Shown piece after piece: positions 10,301-19,446 of a stretch of DNA of 53,289 bases. Position 1 is the stretch's first letter, and each line of letters opens with the position of its first letter. The notes below the pieces were generated by a model. It saw only the letters and a list, made by a program, of their open reading frames with translations. It ran no database searches and was not told the origin of the DNA. The stretch lies in the IMG/VR virus record IMGVR_UViG_3300020473_000040, positions 1 to 53,289 of that record; one strand, 5' to 3'. The translations under genes and the position numbers were made by a program. The DNA comes from a virus. Its lineage: Duplodnaviria > Caudoviricetes.

Positions 10301-11946
10301 ACGGGTATTTAATAAAAGAATTCTCGAGAACTGAAACACTTGCCCACATGCTTACTTCAATTGCTTATGGGCTTACAGCAGTCAAGGGTGAAGTGGAAAC
10401 ATCCTTTACTAGCGGAATTGGGGACTTTCTTGAATATGCAAGCCTTGCTGCTGATAATGCTTCTTCAAGCGGAGATGCTGCTTTATCAAAGTCAGACGCC
10501 CTTTCAGCAATTATAAGCACAGCCATGTTCCCAGAAACCCTAGCAATAGTTAGAAATGTATATTCAAAAAATTCCTATGTTGCATGTGCTGGATTTTTTG
10601 ATGATGACATAAGCCAAGATGGACAGCAGGCAAGCTCAATTGATCTTTTATTACCTGCCGGAAGTGTAACACCGTCAAACATGCTTAGCCAGAGAATAAT
10701 TCCTGCACTAAAGCACCTTACAGCGAAGGGAAGAAGTCAAGAAAACTCTCCTCAGCAGCTAGGTCCAACAATCTCTGCACTTGGAGACTCTAGCAGTGAT
10801 AGAATGAAGATTCTTGCCATTGGGCTTCCTGTAGGGTTAACTCAGCGCCTAAGGGAAGAAGCTTCAAATTACTCAGCTGCAGGTGCACCCTTCTATGAAA
10901 GCTCTTCTTTGATTACAATAAGAGTCTATAAAAAGGATCTAGACAGGGGAGACGTTGTCTATGTGCCAAAGACATTTATTTTTGATACACTTGTATTTCT
11001 CTGGAGCTGCTTATTCGGTGATAATAACGAAAATGAATCTGTGACAAGTAAGGTTTCTGAATCTGCTGAGGTTGATACTGGCATCTCTATGAGCGTGATA
11101 GAGGAAAATGGATCCTCTGTAGATGTTTCACTTTCTGCCTTAAAGAACATAGAAGCCTCAGGGTTTAGAGCAGCAATGAATAAGGAGTTTTCCAGCGTGA
11201 GTGAATTTTCTGACCTGTATCGAGGCCTTCATTTTGATAAGCACAGTGCAGATAGTCCAAACGTCTCAGCGTGGACGACACACTATATAGATGAAATTTT
11301 CAGCGACTCAGCAGATCAAATTAGAAAGAATCACATTCAAGATGTCGTTTTAAAGCATTATCTAAAAACTGTTGCTGGGCTTGATGTTTCAGAGACAGCA
11401 TTTCCGCTATTCACCCAGGGAACAAGCCATCTCTCTACTTCTGACGGTGCTGGACTTGGAACATCGCTTGCTGATTTTGAATATTTAGACTCTTGTGGCG
11501 CTAACAGTGGAGATTCAACAGATACAGGATATGACTTTACTGTTACAGATCTATATGAAACTAATACTTCTATCTTGGACTATAGAACTGAAATACTTTC
11601 CATACTGTCATATGCCATTGACAATGGAATAATCACAGATCAGGACCTAGATACAGATGTTTCAACAAACATCTTGGCAAAAGTTAGAGAATCACTTCTA
11701 TTCTCTCCGGAGAAATATTTTAATCAAGTCTTTCTTCCTCGACTATTTGAGAGAACATTTTGCATTCTTATTGATCCAGATGGTTTTGATATTGATACAG
11801 AGGAGTCTGCCGATCAATTTGATGACGCGCAGGCAGTTGGAACCTATGTATCAGATATGTATACCCTATTTGTTACAGCTGAGATAACAGTGGGAGAAAC
11901 CAGCGGTGACATATACGCTACTGGTGGAAGTCATGGTGGAGGTTAA
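7330..11946 (+). CDS. Very large acidic, Ser-rich hypothetical protein (1538 aa), probably virion-associated
   Basis: Long uninterrupted ORF with a GGAGAGGT RBS before the GTG. D/E greatly exceed K/R. No catalytic motif recognised. Confidence 0.6.
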   Translation: MADIAVMSSGFSFPPSDEFLSGLVSVASSPVLSILTTIGNQSIIQSSKSAVSQTDIEIDGSVNFVDATEQAFTNLTNPAAVVGLSTRAPEIIASVDYVPLYTGITSDESDDNPSGGCNVDVYNTIYQNTLLESLTREAARNCLVKLLKNEDGKIDTAISEMTGLQNISSHSDLLSSFSKICAYSFYVRNCLEWDAPSLASSMSEMFNIFSSIRDLMGLDTLQEIIMPRGEGWHYPTTFQNFQGFDPTRVFDIDSFVELGTGELAYTEDEYNNSSSTKIIAQIVQDLRNSILYGSAIRNLDQDRDTSSTGFSPYTVFDESESGKFSSVISGLNSLNASQSQVTLGTSTSLEGTDLGAGDTEVTISTLDSSDFNLFLESLSGISFVERMTIICQIISRDISMSFMKRTSWVLSRVEKITGQSPGENPSVESIVDNIIGNIGGSLFTSSPASESIASLLNPAFGDDRILTFERFSIDSSFGSGISGFDSFAGDIVHQIQAFIEAGNVYGSWSSSSVQATYDLVQEFSFTKFATDWYNKTYEAAAVIPVLIGGASSSNNFFRSTCFVLTEYLSDNGFIDQSETFENFIHQYSNSEEDQEQADEYEYIRLGIFDLASTDSEVAYLLIKYLDLRFAVIRRIGQDPFLYSPSATGIENVFESDILSEEYSAFYAVAEELASKVINLSYSSGGSFDSSESSSTHTRYSSEYTMTDISVSNRGAEGDTDFSFFFGNILGADQFDIMKTPIGQSLTTLALDTDGKSPSIFDIPKRTLELFYHDFLNYDIADEGGEVSLTSDDISRLNSAQASFITEGVISQSPTQGLGAQATFLSEGDEASIVTDFRGYDDQLRRRAIAYILIDIIGSMGIVNPAEGTQASSGLSIFVSGDITDVSVESVEMNDPTLFQGTLSATARGTSATSTFTKTLAASISVTTSCDLSLNIARATQLAIACKKYSLEGTTYQDEDYSENLEAVDTSISSVFGGDYDLSIEDDIKNINGYLIKEFSRTETLAHMLTSIAYGLTAVKGEVETSFTSGIGDFLEYASLAADNASSSGDAALSKSDALSAIISTAMFPETLAIVRNVYSKNSYVACAGFFDDDISQDGQQASSIDLLLPAGSVTPSNMLSQRIIPALKHLTAKGRSQENSPQQLGPTISALGDSSSDRMKILAIGLPVGLTQRLREEASNYSAAGAPFYESSSLITIRVYKKDLDRGDVVYVPKTFIFDTLVFLWSCLFGDNNENESVTSKVSESAEVDTGISMSVIEENGSSVDVSLSALKNIEASGFRAAMNKEFSSVSEFSDLYRGLHFDKHSADSPNVSAWTTHYIDEIFSDSADQIRKNHIQDVVLKHYLKTVAGLDVSETAFPLFTQGTSHLSTSDGAGLGTSLADFEYLDSCGANSGDSTDTGYDFTVTDLYETNTSILDYRTEILSILSYAIDNGIITDQDLDTDVSTNILAKVRESLLFSPEKYFNQVFLPRLFERTFCILIDPDGFDIDTEESADQFDDAQAVGTYVSDMYTLFVTAEITVGETSGDIYATGGSHGGG

Positions 11947-11955
11947 AAAGAAAAA

Positions 11956-14001
11956 ATGAGTAACTTTGATTCGCTATTAGAAACTTGCTATTCAAGCCTC
12001 CCAAGCAAGGGTGTAAACCATTCTGACATACCCGTCCCAACTGATGTAGACTCAGAATTTCAATACAACTATTTCGTCTCTGACGAGACAACATCACGTG
12101 AGTCCGTAGTCGATGGAGAGTCAATTACATCATTTACAACACTTACAGATGATGCATCTGAAGCAGACAGACTCCAGGCTATGATGGACTATAACGTTCC
12201 AAGATTTGTTAAAGTATCTTGGTCTCCTACTGAACTAGATTCACTGGCAGGACTGACTCAGTCTTCCGCCACGTCCGCTGTCTGGTCTGGAGCAGGAGCC
12301 GGTGCCGTCGAGCAAGATATGCTCGAAGGAAACCTTGAAAATATTCTCTATGAAGAGACAATGACCAGCAACCAATACAGCGGTATTAATTTTCAAGACG
12401 CAGAAGGGCTTACAAAGCTAACTGAGATGGCAAAGATTGCTATAAATACTTCTGAACTTCCTTTCAGCTTTGCCTCTACAGAAAGCTCATCTGTATCTTC
12501 AGATTCAAACCTTGATGTCATAAATTCATATCTTGAGCTAGCGGGGGCTTCGACAGGAGTTGACCCAGCAGCAAAAGAATTGCTAAGGACGGCATTGGGA
12601 AGCTATCAGTCAACAGGAGATATGAGCTTTTTTAATCAAGCAGCTGAGAGAGAGGCAGTTGTAGATGATTCATTCTTTAACACGTCTACAAAGTTTGATC
12701 TAGGTGTTTCTGTTAGTAATGTCCTTGCCGCTCGCTGCGGACACGCTTGGGGGCAAGATGGAGGAAGTGCATTCTTTGAAGAGATTTCAAGAATAAGTAG
12801 TACACTATCTCAAATCACGTCAGCGGGAATATCACAAGATGCTGCAGGGGCAATTAGCGACGACGACTACGATATCACAGGTGATCCTGTAACCTATAGG
12901 CTTTCTGAAAACATCGCTGACCAGACACAGCTTGAGCAATACGATGCTAGAATTGTTGGGTACATGGTTGAGAAACACGAGGTCGACTCAAATGGCACAG
13001 TTATTGAACTTGAGCCCATTTTAGTCAGCAATCCTGAAGCAGGTGATATGATCGACCCCAACGTTATGTATGGAAGGGGATATCGATATAAGGTCAGGAC
13101 TGTGGCATATGTTGAATTTAGTGCAATTAATGTATATCCTGGAAATCAGTCAAGAGACCAGACAGTTGTCGTAGGCCTTCTATTTGCTTCACGACCAAGC
13201 AAGACAACTACCGTCTTGTGTGTTGAAAGGATTCCCCCTAAACCTCCTGTTGATATTTCCTTTGTATTTAACCCAGATACTCCATCTGGAGGTCTTGATA
13301 TATCATGGTCGTTTCCAATTAATAAGCAGAGAGATATCAAACAATTTAGAATATTTAGAAGATTATCTCCCCAGCTTCCATTTTCTTTAATTAAAAATTA
13401 TTTTTTTGACGACTCCACTACACTTACAAAGACAACTGAAATACCAGACCCAGATGCACTTGTTGAAAGCAGTAGTTCAAAGCTATCTAACTCAACTTTT
13501 CAAGTTGTAGACGGCCCCCATTTACTTTTTACTGATTTAGATTTTAACTTTAACTCAACTTACATTTATTCCATTGTAAGCGTTGATGCAAGAGGAATGT
13601 CATCAAACTACTCCGCTCAGCACGTCGTATCTTACGATAGGTTTAAGGGCAGAATTAATGTAACTTATTTATCCAAGTCAGGAGCACCGATACCCTATCC
13701 AAATCTCTATCTTAGGCAGGACTTATTTCCTGATACAATAAGAATGTCAGGATATGATCGAATGCATGTTTATTTTGATCCCGAGTATTTGACAGTTAAA
13801 GATTCTAATGATAATGACCTATCTTTAGTTTCAACTAGTGAGGAAGATCCAAGCTATAAGATATCAATGATAAATCTAGATAATCAGAAATCTAAGCTAA
13901 TTGATATTTATGTTAAGGATATTAGAGATGATCCGTTTCAAGAGGAAGAGGGCATTGAATATAGCATAAGAACTACTGTTCGAACCCTTATCGATGTATG
14001 A
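11956..14001 (+). CDS. Putative virion protein with fibronectin type III-like domains (681 aa)
   Basis: FN3-like motifs 'GYMVEK...DPNVMYGRGYRYKVRTV' and 'PPKPPVDISF...LDISWSFP...IKQFRIFRR...FTD...YIYSIVSVDARGMSSNYS'. GGAGG lies upstream. Confidence 0.65.
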   Translation: MSNFDSLLETCYSSLPSKGVNHSDIPVPTDVDSEFQYNYFVSDETTSRESVVDGESITSFTTLTDDASEADRLQAMMDYNVPRFVKVSWSPTELDSLAGLTQSSATSAVWSGAGAGAVEQDMLEGNLENILYEETMTSNQYSGINFQDAEGLTKLTEMAKIAINTSELPFSFASTESSSVSSDSNLDVINSYLELAGASTGVDPAAKELLRTALGSYQSTGDMSFFNQAAEREAVVDDSFFNTSTKFDLGVSVSNVLAARCGHAWGQDGGSAFFEEISRISSTLSQITSAGISQDAAGAISDDDYDITGDPVTYRLSENIADQTQLEQYDARIVGYMVEKHEVDSNGTVIELEPILVSNPEAGDMIDPNVMYGRGYRYKVRTVAYVEFSAINVYPGNQSRDQTVVVGLLFASRPSKTTTVLCVERIPPKPPVDISFVFNPDTPSGGLDISWSFPINKQRDIKQFRIFRRLSPQLPFSLIKNYFFDDSTTLTKTTEIPDPDALVESSSSKLSNSTFQVVDGPHLLFTDLDFNFNSTYIYSIVSVDARGMSSNYSAQHVVSYDRFKGRINVTYLSKSGAPIPYPNLYLRQDLFPDTIRMSGYDRMHVYFDPEYLTVKDSNDNDLSLVSTSEEDPSYKISMINLDNQKSKLIDIYVKDIRDDPFQEEEGIEYSIRTTVRTLIDV

Positions 14002-14038
14002 GAATAGAATTATTTTACTGCATAACACATCAAGAGAT

Positions 14039-14045
14039 ATATTTA
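14039..14045 (+). promoter_or_regulatory. Putative late-promoter motif ATAnTTA (ATATTTA)
   Basis: 16 nt upstream of ATG 14062, with an AGGAG RBS in between. Confidence 0.55.
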
Positions 14046-14061
14046 CAACCAGGAGTAAAAA

Positions 14062-14769
14062 ATGGGTTATCTTGACCATTCAACAAATAACATTATACTA
14101 GATGCTGTTCTTACTGATAGAGGCCGTGAGCTTCTATCGAGGAATGATGGATCTTTTCAAATCGTTAAATTCGCACTTTCCGATGACGAGGTTGATTACA
14201 CGACGATCCAAAAGTTTGGTAGAACTGTAGGAAAAGAAAAAATAGAAAAAAATACACCTGTGTTTGAAGCACTTACAAATGGAAGTATTGCTCAAAAATT
14301 TCCCTTAAGAAGTATTTCAATAGGAAATCTTATTAGGCTTCCCTCTCTTGACCTGGATGGAGTAACATCTGATACAATTACATTGAACATGGTTAATACA
14401 AGAACACAGTCTGTAACAGTAAAGCAGTCAATAGGTGGTGATTCTTTAGTCCCGATTGAGCTTGTTGATCAAGTGTTTAAGGTTGTGGTGAACAATCTAT
14501 TTTTACAAATATCTGGACAGCGACCTGTTTCAATAAGCAAAGACAACATTGCAACATATTTGATAACAAGGGCAGCTACCCTTGATACAGTTACCGGTGG
14601 ATCTTCTGTTGCACCCACAGTTCAGATTAAGTCATCCCTTACCACAACAATGTTTAGCACATACGGTATTGCAAGTGATAAGTCAACTATTAGATCCTAT
14701 ATTACAATTACTGGACAGCAATCAGGCGCTTCAAAAAATCTTCTTGTTAAAATCAACAAGACATCATAA
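14062..14769 (+). CDS. Putative baseplate structural protein (235 aa)
   Basis: Strong AGGAG RBS. The N-terminus 'LDAVLTDRGRELL...IVKFALSDDEVDY' is reminiscent of myovirus tail-fibre/baseplate attachment N-termini. Confidence 0.6.
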   Translation: MGYLDHSTNNIILDAVLTDRGRELLSRNDGSFQIVKFALSDDEVDYTTIQKFGRTVGKEKIEKNTPVFEALTNGSIAQKFPLRSISIGNLIRLPSLDLDGVTSDTITLNMVNTRTQSVTVKQSIGGDSLVPIELVDQVFKVVVNNLFLQISGQRPVSISKDNIATYLITRAATLDTVTGGSSVAPTVQIKSSLTTTMFSTYGIASDKSTIRSYITITGQQSGASKNLLVKINKTS

Positions 14770-14783
14770 TTCAAGAGTAAGAC

Positions 14784-16061
14784 ATGGCAATATATAAGGA
14801 AATTTCTGCAGCTGACATTAAAACCAGCAGGTCAGTTTTAAATCAGTTAGTTGACATCCTACAGGAAGATGTCTCAGGATCAACTACGAGAAAGAAATAT
14901 CAAGTTTTTGTAACCGGTGGAGTTGGACCAGGTGTTACTTCCTCTCTATTTCAAACGGTATATGATCAGGATTACACACTTCAGACAGCAAACCCAATTT
15001 TTGATATAACATACGGTGTCTTTTCTGGAAGCACAGATGTTGCAAATGCATCAACTGGCCAAGACAGCGCAGGAAAGCTGCTATTTCCATCTCAAACCTT
15101 AATGATGAGAGAAAAAATAGATGTCTATAGACAGTTTGCACAAACACTTCTCGGAGATGCAACTTATCAGTTTGCCTCTCCCTTCGACACAACACAGCCT
15201 ATAACAGCCAACGGAATTGATCACGCCCTTTTCTTTACATTTAGAAGGCTTTTCTCTAGAGATAAGATTAAGCGTGAAACGTTCGCCATGAAGTTTTATC
15301 AGTCTGCTTCCCGAGCTCCGGGTGATCCCACAGCGTCCGGTCAGTCTGTTTGTTCTGGAGCAATGGGTCCAAACATTAATCTTCCAACAGTTTCCGGATC
15401 TGCCATCTATACAGATATTGGCTCTGCCACAGCAAAGGAGACATCGATTGGGGGCGAGGTTGGAAATCTAGTCGACTCTTCAAATACAAATAGAAATGTC
15501 GGCCTTCTCTTCTATGATATGGGAATTGGAATCCTTGATGTCTCAAAAGTTATCTCAGCTTCTCAAAAGGCTTCCGGTGTTATTGACGCAATGGTTAATA
15601 CTACGTTTAAAGATGCTGCAAGAGGGCAGACAGTTCTTGGCCCAGGGCCCGAAGGTACAGCCTATGGTTACGGAAATCCAAAAGCGAAGTTTGTTCCAGA
15701 TTTCGTAGTGTCAGCATCAATGGATAATATTCTCGATCACTTTGCCTCAGTCAGGTTTCAGTCAGGAACACTTACTGCAATGACCTTTCAAAATGTCACG
15801 AATATTAACTCAACACTTGTATTCTGCAGGGCAACTTCTGATGAGTTTAACTACTCATCTAATCCTACGTTTACTGACTCTACGGGAAGGATAAATGTGA
15901 TTGATGAAGGTGAGGAGAATACACAGAGAACATTCTCATTTGTTAGCACAATCGGTCTTTATGACGGAAGAAATAATCTGTTAGCCGTTGCAAAGCTAAG
16001 CAGACCTGTTGAGAAGAATGACGAGAAGGACCTGACTTTCAGGATTAGGCTTGACTTCTAG
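14784..16061 (+). CDS. Putative baseplate (wedge/fibre-attachment) protein (425 aa)
   Basis: C-terminal 'EFNYSSNPTF...STIGLYDGRNNLLAVAKLSRPVEK...FRIRLDF', shared with the next ORF. Confidence 0.6.
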   Translation: MAIYKEISAADIKTSRSVLNQLVDILQEDVSGSTTRKKYQVFVTGGVGPGVTSSLFQTVYDQDYTLQTANPIFDITYGVFSGSTDVANASTGQDSAGKLLFPSQTLMMREKIDVYRQFAQTLLGDATYQFASPFDTTQPITANGIDHALFFTFRRLFSRDKIKRETFAMKFYQSASRAPGDPTASGQSVCSGAMGPNINLPTVSGSAIYTDIGSATAKETSIGGEVGNLVDSSNTNRNVGLLFYDMGIGILDVSKVISASQKASGVIDAMVNTTFKDAARGQTVLGPGPEGTAYGYGNPKAKFVPDFVVSASMDNILDHFASVRFQSGTLTAMTFQNVTNINSTLVFCRATSDEFNYSSNPTFTDSTGRINVIDEGEENTQRTFSFVSTIGLYDGRNNLLAVAKLSRPVEKNDEKDLTFRIRLDF

Positions 16062-16082
16062 TCCTACTGGAGGTTTTAGCCC

Positions 16083-19000
16083 ATGTCAATCATTAGAATT
16101 ACCAGAGATCTGATTGAAAAAGTTACTCTGACAACACATCCAAAGACACACTTTCTTTCGTCTTCTCAGGAGAGTGTTAATGATGAGCCTGTTGAAAGCT
16201 CAGGAATACTAAGCACAACAGGTACAATGGGTCAGGCTAGCCTTGTCGCAAGGACTAACAGTGTTGTAAAGGGCACTCGAATTTTTGACACAGAGAGCTC
16301 CCTTTTTGACGAAGACCATTCGTCTCTTTTGATCAATCTTCACGCAGCTCAGGAGCTATCTGGAACTACCACAGACATACAGAGCTACTTAGGTCACGCG
16401 ACTCCTGGCTCTCACATCTCTACGGATGATGGAAATTGTGCCAGTGCTGATATTACATTTATTGCAACTCCTTTAAATGGCCACACAGTTGTAATAGCAT
16501 CTGCCTCGATGACTGATACATACACCTTTGACACCAGTAGGGTCCCAACAGACAGCACACATGCACTTGTTGGAATATCGGGTGTAACTACGCTTACCGG
16601 ATTCGCTAAGTCACTAAGAATATCGATCATGTCTGCCAGTCTGCGCAATGATATTCAAATTACAGCAGCACCTCCAGCCGGGGCAGTTTTAACAGTCCAC
16701 CAGATGGTGAAAGGAACAGGTGGAAATGGAAAGACAATTACAGGAACCGCGCTGTCTGCTGGAAAGATATCTGTTACAGAATTTTCTGGAGGGACATCCA
16801 AGCTAAGTGATGATGATCCGACAAATCCAGGACATCTAGGCTACCTAAAGGGAGTTAGAGAGCTTGATGTTCCAGCTAAGAGTAAAAAGGTCTTTGGCAT
16901 TGATAGATTTAGACCTCCCTGGCTGTTTCAAAATGATCACGAAGATTTTGACCTCCAGACTCAGCCTGCTGGAAGCTTAAAAGCTAACAGAAGAATGATT
17001 AAGAATCAGGTGAGAAATGTTCTCTTGCCTGCTTATAGGTCCCAATTTACGCACCCTAACTATGCCTATACAAACTATCACACGTTAAACTTTTTCACTT
17101 CTTCAATTAACTGGGTTTCCACAGACGGAAGTAGAACAGAAGCTACCAGCGTCCCTTATAAGTGGATGAATAGTAAAGTTTTAATATATGAGCAACTCAC
17201 CGGTTCAGTAGATTCTCTCGAAGGTGAATACGACAAAGATCGAACTGTGCACAGGTATAACGGAAAATATGTTCCTGAAACAGGCTTTACATTTGACTTC
17301 TACATTAATCCAAGATACACGAATGACGTTGATAAGTCCCCTCGAAACGGAGAGTTTAGAGCTGGAACAATTATGCACGTCAGCGGTGCCTACGCAGTCA
17401 GCCTAGTCTCAGGCTCAAGTAGAGCTCCCGACGGTTCAGTAGATGGGTATAGAATAATGCTTCAGCTGTCTCAAAGTGCTGAGCACCCACCCTCTAAGTG
17501 GCATATTGTCCACGGACACGATAGGCCTGTATTTGCGAGCTCTAGTGTAAACTATAAGAAAACGCCCTATGACCTTGCCTGGGTTTCACCTGATAATTCA
17601 CTTAAGAGAAATCACTGGCATCATGTTGCAATCAGATGGGGTGGAGATGATGTTAACAACAGCACAGGAAGCTTTTTAATCGATGGTAAGAAAGTTTCTG
17701 AGTTTGCACTTCCAGGATCTTCTAGCATTAGACCCTATGTAAATCAAGATAAAGCGGGAGCCTCTTTACTACTACCGCTGTCTGAGAGAATAGAAAGGGT
17801 GGGCGGTCCAAGATTCCTTGCTGGAAGAGCTGATCCAAATGCCCTCTTTATTGGAAACTTCTATGAAGGAAAAAATGAAGGTGGAGGAGAAGCTGCAAGC
17901 AGCACATCTATTGATAGATTTTTCAATCGTGCTGCTAGAAAGGCAGAGGGGTTTACATTAAATTTAACAGGTACTGCACCCTCTCCTACGATGCAGAAAT
18001 ATGATCCAGTTGCAACCTTTAATCACCCTCTTAACGCTGAGGTTCATGATCTTAAGATTTACAATAAATTTAGAACAGATTCTCAGATCTACACAAGCTC
18101 CATTCAAGGGCCGGATACTTTAAAAGATCTTCTATTCTACGTTCCCCCTTTCTACATTAATGAAAATAGAAAAAGAAACTTTTTGTCAAGTGCTGGTATA
18201 ACATCATCTAGAAGAGAAAGAATTGTAGATTCTGGAGGAGCTTCGTATCCAGATGGTGTGGATGAGCCTTTTCATTATCCTGCTGATGTCTTTACACAGC
18301 CATTTACTTCATTTCCCTTTAATGCGGGAATGTCTATGAATATCGATACAACTGATATCAATGTTGAGAATTATTGCAAGGACATCGTTACAAACACTTA
18401 TCCTAGATTGTTATTCTTAACCTCTTCCATGAATTCAACCAGGGTTGAGGCGACGACTGGTGTTAAAGACATGTGTCTAACAGCATCTAATTTTATGTTT
18501 GATAATTTTTGCACTGGATCAATAAAAGCTAGGGCAAATTTTATTCTTCCATGTGATAATGGAAAGTTTCAACCAAACTACAAGCATGTTCACACAGGAT
18601 CAACTGACATATCAACAGGATCAGAAGCGTATCTTTATAGGGATGATATTGGAAACTTTGATCCTAGCTTAATAAACCTTAGCAATGTATTTGTTACACC
18701 TCCCACCTACATAACAACAAAAATTGACGACGATGGCAGGCTGATAGATACCATAGCACAATTTTCATCATCGATCGGAACGTTTGGCGACTATGGAGAA
18801 GAGATCGATGTCTTCGCCTATCCAACCCCACCTTATCCGTTTATGCCGACAGCGCTAAATACTGCAAATAATCACTTTCTTGTCTACCAAGCATCTAGAG
18901 ATCCTTCAAGCAATGAGATTGTCTTGTTTAACATACCGAATCTATTTTATGGAAATAGAATTGAGCCAGGAACATTTACCCTTACAGACTCTAATGTAAC

Positions 19001-19445
19001 TGGGTCAAGAGGAAAAGTGAGTATTACCTTAAAAGATGACGGCTTTGGAACGCTATATCGAGCTGATTCTGCGACAGAGCATGCTATGTCAAATGGAGTG
19101 GGAAATATCTTCTATGACGAAGGATTAGTTCTAATTAAATCTCCTCATCTTAAGTTTTTTGGAAAAGATCAGTTTGAGGTGTCATTTACGGGAGAGCAAA
19201 ATATTCATGTCATGAAGATCAATGTTCCTTGCCGCCCAGGGATGATCAATAGCTCTTCAAACCCAGGATTTAGAGTCCTCTCTGCATCGCTAAATGCCAA
19301 CGATGAAGATTCTAAGTTCGTCTATATTACCGGAATATATTTTCATGATGACAATATGAATGTTATTATGAAGGCAAATCTTGCCCAACCCGTTGTCAAA
19401 CGAGATGGGGACAATCTTCTATTTTCACCCAAGCTGGACTTTTAA
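16083..19445 (+). CDS. Putative baseplate protein with a LamG/concanavalin-A-like domain (1120 aa)
   Basis: GGAGG RBS. LamG-like motifs 'FTFDFYINP', 'HWHHVAIRW', 'FLIDGK', 'LFIGN', 'VHDLKIYN'. The C-terminus 'INSSSNPGF...ITGIYFHDDNMNVIMKANLAQPVVK...KLDF' is paralogous to 14784..16061. Confidence 0.65.
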   Translation: MSIIRITRDLIEKVTLTTHPKTHFLSSSQESVNDEPVESSGILSTTGTMGQASLVARTNSVVKGTRIFDTESSLFDEDHSSLLINLHAAQELSGTTTDIQSYLGHATPGSHISTDDGNCASADITFIATPLNGHTVVIASASMTDTYTFDTSRVPTDSTHALVGISGVTTLTGFAKSLRISIMSASLRNDIQITAAPPAGAVLTVHQMVKGTGGNGKTITGTALSAGKISVTEFSGGTSKLSDDDPTNPGHLGYLKGVRELDVPAKSKKVFGIDRFRPPWLFQNDHEDFDLQTQPAGSLKANRRMIKNQVRNVLLPAYRSQFTHPNYAYTNYHTLNFFTSSINWVSTDGSRTEATSVPYKWMNSKVLIYEQLTGSVDSLEGEYDKDRTVHRYNGKYVPETGFTFDFYINPRYTNDVDKSPRNGEFRAGTIMHVSGAYAVSLVSGSSRAPDGSVDGYRIMLQLSQSAEHPPSKWHIVHGHDRPVFASSSVNYKKTPYDLAWVSPDNSLKRNHWHHVAIRWGGDDVNNSTGSFLIDGKKVSEFALPGSSSIRPYVNQDKAGASLLLPLSERIERVGGPRFLAGRADPNALFIGNFYEGKNEGGGEAASSTSIDRFFNRAARKAEGFTLNLTGTAPSPTMQKYDPVATFNHPLNAEVHDLKIYNKFRTDSQIYTSSIQGPDTLKDLLFYVPPFYINENRKRNFLSSAGITSSRRERIVDSGGASYPDGVDEPFHYPADVFTQPFTSFPFNAGMSMNIDTTDINVENYCKDIVTNTYPRLLFLTSSMNSTRVEATTGVKDMCLTASNFMFDNFCTGSIKARANFILPCDNGKFQPNYKHVHTGSTDISTGSEAYLYRDDIGNFDPSLINLSNVFVTPPTYITTKIDDDGRLIDTIAQFSSSIGTFGDYGEEIDVFAYPTPPYPFMPTALNTANNHFLVYQASRDPSSNEIVLFNIPNLFYGNRIEPGTFTLTDSNVTGSRGKVSITLKDDGFGTLYRADSATEHAMSNGVGNIFYDEGLVLIKSPHLKFFGKDQFEVSFTGEQNIHVMKINVPCRPGMINSSSNPGFRVLSASLNANDEDSKFVYITGIYFHDDNMNVIMKANLAQPVVKRDGDNLLFSPKLDF

Positions 19446-19446
19446 T

